From assembly GCA_044341565.1 (NCBI GenBank), contig JBIIRM010000003.1, positions 45,187 through 109,186 of the forward strand: DNA of 64,000 nucleotides, given 5' to 3'. The DNA comes from Minisyncoccia bacterium. Lineage in GTDB: Bacteria > Patescibacteriota > Minisyncoccia > SW-4-49-11. A program made the translations under genes and the position numbers. This document shows, in pieces, positions 60,993 to 64,000 of this stretch. The notes beneath the pieces are model-generated. The model was given only the letters and a program-made list of their open reading frames with translations. It ran no database searches and was not told where the DNA came from. How positions within the stretch are numbered: the stretch's first letter is position 1; the number at the start of each line of letters is the position of its first letter.

Positions 60993-62264
60993 ATGGCAAA
61001 ATTTAAGATTAAAGGAAAGCAATTTGGTAAAAAGGGTTTAATTCCCGTATATGGAGCCAAGAATTCAGCAATAAAATTATTACCAGCTACACTCTTGATT
61101 GATGGAGTAATAACTCTTCATAATATTCCCGATATTGATGATATTCGCGATATGATTGCGATATTGATTGCACTGGGGGCAAAGGTAGATAAAATCGCCC
61201 AACATTCTTATACTATTGATACCACTACTATTGATAATAATAAAATTCCTATTGAACTTGCAATCAAAATGCGAGCCTCATTTTTGTTTATTGCTCCATT
61301 ATTAATTCGTTTTGGAGAAGTTGAATTTCCTCATCCTGGAGGAGATGCAATTGGTCGTAGGCCAATTGATATGACATTAGAAAGTCTTAGATTAATGGGA
61401 GCTGAAGTGATTGAGGATAATCAAAAATATATATTCCGATTACCCAATAAAAGTCTTAAAGGAATAGAATATATATTCAAATGGATTTCGCATACATCTA
61501 CAGAGAATTTAATTATGGCGGCGGTAAAGGCAGAAGGGAAGACAATCATTTATAATGCTGCTCTTGAGCCAGAAATTACTGCTCTTTGTGATATGTTACG
61601 AGGAGCGGGAGCTCAGATTACTGGAGATGGTACCTCACAAATTGAAATTGAAGGAGTTCAAGAATTATCCTCAGTAGAATATACTAATATACCAGATAGA
61701 CTTGAGGCAGGTACATTTGCAATTTTAGCGGCTCTCACCCGAAGTAATATTATGGTTACTGATATTAATCCTAATCATTTGAGAGTATTCTGGAAATTCC
61801 TTGATATGGCGGGTATACAATATGAATTAGGGGATGACTTTGTACATATTATTCCTCATCATAATAGCTATAAGGCTCTACAGCTTAAAACACATGAATA
61901 TCCTGGTTTTGTAACTGATTTACAAGCCCCATTTACCCTTTTATTAACACAGGCTATTGGTACTTCGGTAGTGCAGGAGACTATATTTGATGGAAGATTA
62001 TTTTATACGGATACTTTGAATCAAATGGGTGCTAATATCATTATGTGTGATCCCTATCGCGTAGTAGTAAATGGACCTACTCAATTATATGGACGCAAAA
62101 TAGAAAGCCCTGATGTAAGAGCTGGCATGACATTTTTATTAGCAGCTTTAATTGCTGAGAGAGATAGTGAAATTCATAATATTTATCATATTGATAGAGG
62201 ATATGAGAAAATAGAAGAGCGCCTCACCAATATAGGCTTTGATATTATACGAGAAAATACATAG
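60993..62264 (+). CDS. murA: UDP-GlcNAc 1-carboxyvinyltransferase (Asp-type)
   Basis: GAKNS, MRAS, PGGDAIGRRPID, PGF.TDLQ, IDRGYE. Confidence 0.93.
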   Translation: MAKFKIKGKQFGKKGLIPVYGAKNSAIKLLPATLLIDGVITLHNIPDIDDIRDMIAILIALGAKVDKIAQHSYTIDTTTIDNNKIPIELAIKMRASFLFIAPLLIRFGEVEFPHPGGDAIGRRPIDMTLESLRLMGAEVIEDNQKYIFRLPNKSLKGIEYIFKWISHTSTENLIMAAVKAEGKTIIYNAALEPEITALCDMLRGAGAQITGDGTSQIEIEGVQELSSVEYTNIPDRLEAGTFAILAALTRSNIMVTDINPNHLRVFWKFLDMAGIQYELGDDFVHIIPHHNSYKALQLKTHEYPGFVTDLQAPFTLLLTQAIGTSVVQETIFDGRLFYTDTLNQMGANIIMCDPYRVVVNGPTQLYGRKIESPDVRAGMTFLLAALIAERDSEIHNIYHIDRGYEKIEERLTNIGFDIIRENT

Positions 62265-62288
62265 TCTTCTTTTAGGTTTTTTTACATA

Positions 62289-62581
62289 TTGTCCCTCGCT
62301 GGCGAGGGGGGACCACAAAGTGGTGGGTGTGGACCTGATTATGAATAAGATGAGGAATATCATAGACAAAATATGAGTTATGTAGGGGCGACCTTACAGT
62401 CGCCTGTATTCCACCCCGTCCGCCTAAAGGCGACCACCCCTCAAGAGGGAAATATATAAAAATGTAGTGTTCTAAATATTTCCTGCCTAGGTTGTGGGTA
62501 TATAGGACCGCTCTATATCATAAAATACATTGTCCTGAAAATTCCCCTCTTGAGGGGTGCCATCTTTGATGGCGGGATGGA
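62289..62581. repeat. cluster of palindromic repeats (family A inverted, GTAG REP, two family B copies in inverted orientation)
   Basis: 62289-62334, 62382-62405, 62410-62453, 62541-62581. Confidence 0.85.
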
Positions 62582-62701
62582 GGACACTATTGTGTACCTA
62601 TCTACATTTTAAATTTACCTCTTTGTCTACAAGCTCCTCATCTCAATCTCATACAAATTAATCATATATTCATAATTTCATGATATACTTTCTATATGTA
62701 T

Positions 62702-64000
62702 ATGCATAATATTAGTAGAGATAATTTAGAAATTGCCAGTAAACAACTTTGGGATTTTTTGAAACCGTATATATCTTATCTTAATTCAGCTGATTTAGAG
62801 CAAGTAGAAATTGCTTTTATGCAAATGGTAGAAGCTCATCAGGAGCAAAGACGAAAAAGTGGAGAATATTATATTACTCACCCAGTCTCAGCTTGTATTA
62901 CTTTGGCTGATATGAAATTAGATAGGGATACATTAATTGCAGTATTACTTCATGATGTACCAGAAGACACCGAGGTAAGCCTAAGACAATTAGAAAAAGT
63001 ATTTAGTCATGAAGTGATTTTTCTCATTTCAGGAGTAACTAAATTATCTAGTATCAAATATCAAGGAGAAGATAGATATGCCGAGAATTTACGGCGTATG
63101 TTTGTTGCTATGAGTCGTGATATTCGGGTTATTTTTATCAAATTAGCTGATAGAATTCATAATCTCGAAACTCTTGATGCTCTACCTCTTGATAAGGCTC
63201 ATCGTATTGCTCTTGAGAGTTTAGAAATATATGCCCCTATTGCCGAGAGATTAGGTATGGGAAAATTTCAAGATAGATTAGAGAATTTAAGCTTTCCCTA
63301 TGCTTACCCTCAAGAATATAAAGCTTTAGTAGATGAGGTAAAGCAAGAATATAATATTCGCCAAAATGTATTAGAATATATTCAAAAGAATATCGAGCAT
63401 ATATTTGATGAAGAAGATATTGAGCATATTACTATTTATGGAAGAGCAAAAAAATATTATTCTTTGTATAAAAAATTAGATGCCGGGAAAACGGTAGATG
63501 AAGTATATGATTTGATTGCGCTAAGGATTATTACAAAAGATATTGCAATGTGTTATCAGGTATTCTCAATAATTCAATCTCATTTTGAGCCTCTTGAGAA
63601 TAGAGTAAAAGATTATATTGCCAAGCCAAAAGATAATGGATATCAAAGTATTCATACAACGGTTCAAGATAAGGATACAGGAATGGTATTTGAAGTACAA
63701 ATTCGCACGGAGGAAATGCATGAATATTGTGAATATGGAGTTGCATCACATTGGTCGTATAAACAAAAATCAGATATAGATACTCATTCTTTTATTGATA
63801 CAGATAAATTTAAATGGATACAAGATTTAGTTAATTTAGGTAAAGAGCCATTGTCGGAAGAAGAGTATTTACAATATGTAAAATTAGATTTATTTCAGGA
63901 TCAAATTTTTGTTATGACACCAAAGGGGGATGCTATTCGTTTACTTGAAGGTGCTACGGCTCTTGATTTTGCTTTTCGTATTCATCAAGATATTGGAAGA
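62702..64000 (+). CDS. relA: RelA/SpoT (p)ppGpp synthetase/hydrolase (3'-truncated by window; absent from ORF track)
   Basis: AH..Q.RKSGE.Y..HP, LLHDVPEDT, KLADRIHN, DYIAKPK.NGYQSIHT, EVQIRT, start of TGS domain. Confidence 0.92.
   Translation, partial: MHNISRDNLEIASKQLWDFLKPYISYLNSADLEQVEIAFMQMVEAHQEQRRKSGEYYITHPVSACITLADMKLDRDTLIAVLLHDVPEDTEVSLRQLEKVFSHEVIFLISGVTKLSSIKYQGEDRYAENLRRMFVAMSRDIRVIFIKLADRIHNLETLDALPLDKAHRIALESLEIYAPIAERLGMGKFQDRLENLSFPYAYPQEYKALVDEVKQEYNIRQNVLEYIQKNIEHIFDEEDIEHITIYGRAKKYYSLYKKLDAGKTVDEVYDLIALRIITKDIAMCYQVFSIIQSHFEPLENRVKDYIAKPKDNGYQSIHTTVQDKDTGMVFEVQIRTEEMHEYCEYGVASHWSYKQKSDIDTHSFIDTDKFKWIQDLVNLGKEPLSEEEYLQYVKLDLFQDQIFVMTPKGDAIRLLEGATALDFAFRIHQDIGR

Noticed and set aside
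1-64000. Genetic code 25 (TGA=Gly) or TAG recoding
   Set aside because: Long core ORFs have no internal TGA/TAG and several end cleanly on TGA or TAG

Overview
AT-rich bacterial chromosome segment, genetic code 11. The gene set and style suggest a Patescibacteria/CPR organism: short ValRS, type-2 IleRS, several prepilins, a VirB4/HerA-like ATPase, a pentose-phosphate block, and SD-less genes behind extended -10 promoters. Housekeeping content includes valS, ileS, trpS, serS, dnaX, ruvA, rpmA, ftsQ, murE, murA, a partial relA/spoT, gnd/rpiB/tkt/rpe, rfbC/rfbD, alpha-glucan genes, thiol-redox genes, tRNA-Leu(CAA), a DUF2075 plus OLD-nuclease pair, and a crtI-like/lyeJ-like/cruF carotenoid trio with idi. 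Three unusual layers sit on this backbone. (1) About 15 self-contained GC-richer islets, most with a near-consensus TTGACA-N16-18-TAtaaT promoter, short ORF(s) or a structured RNA, and an intrinsic terminator. Several carry cyanobacterial/cyanophage-looking cargo (L,D-transpeptidase-like lipoprotein, SH3, M23 peptidase, a CxxC protein). (2) Candidate novel RNAs: two tRNA-like RNAs with abnormal anticodon arms, a duplicated GNRA-containing element behind two small ORFs, and a ~220-nt multi-hairpin transcript. (3) Three type IV pilin-adhesin fusions with different tip domains, one showing a visible domain-swap scar. Family assignments come from motif recognition by eye; no searches were run.
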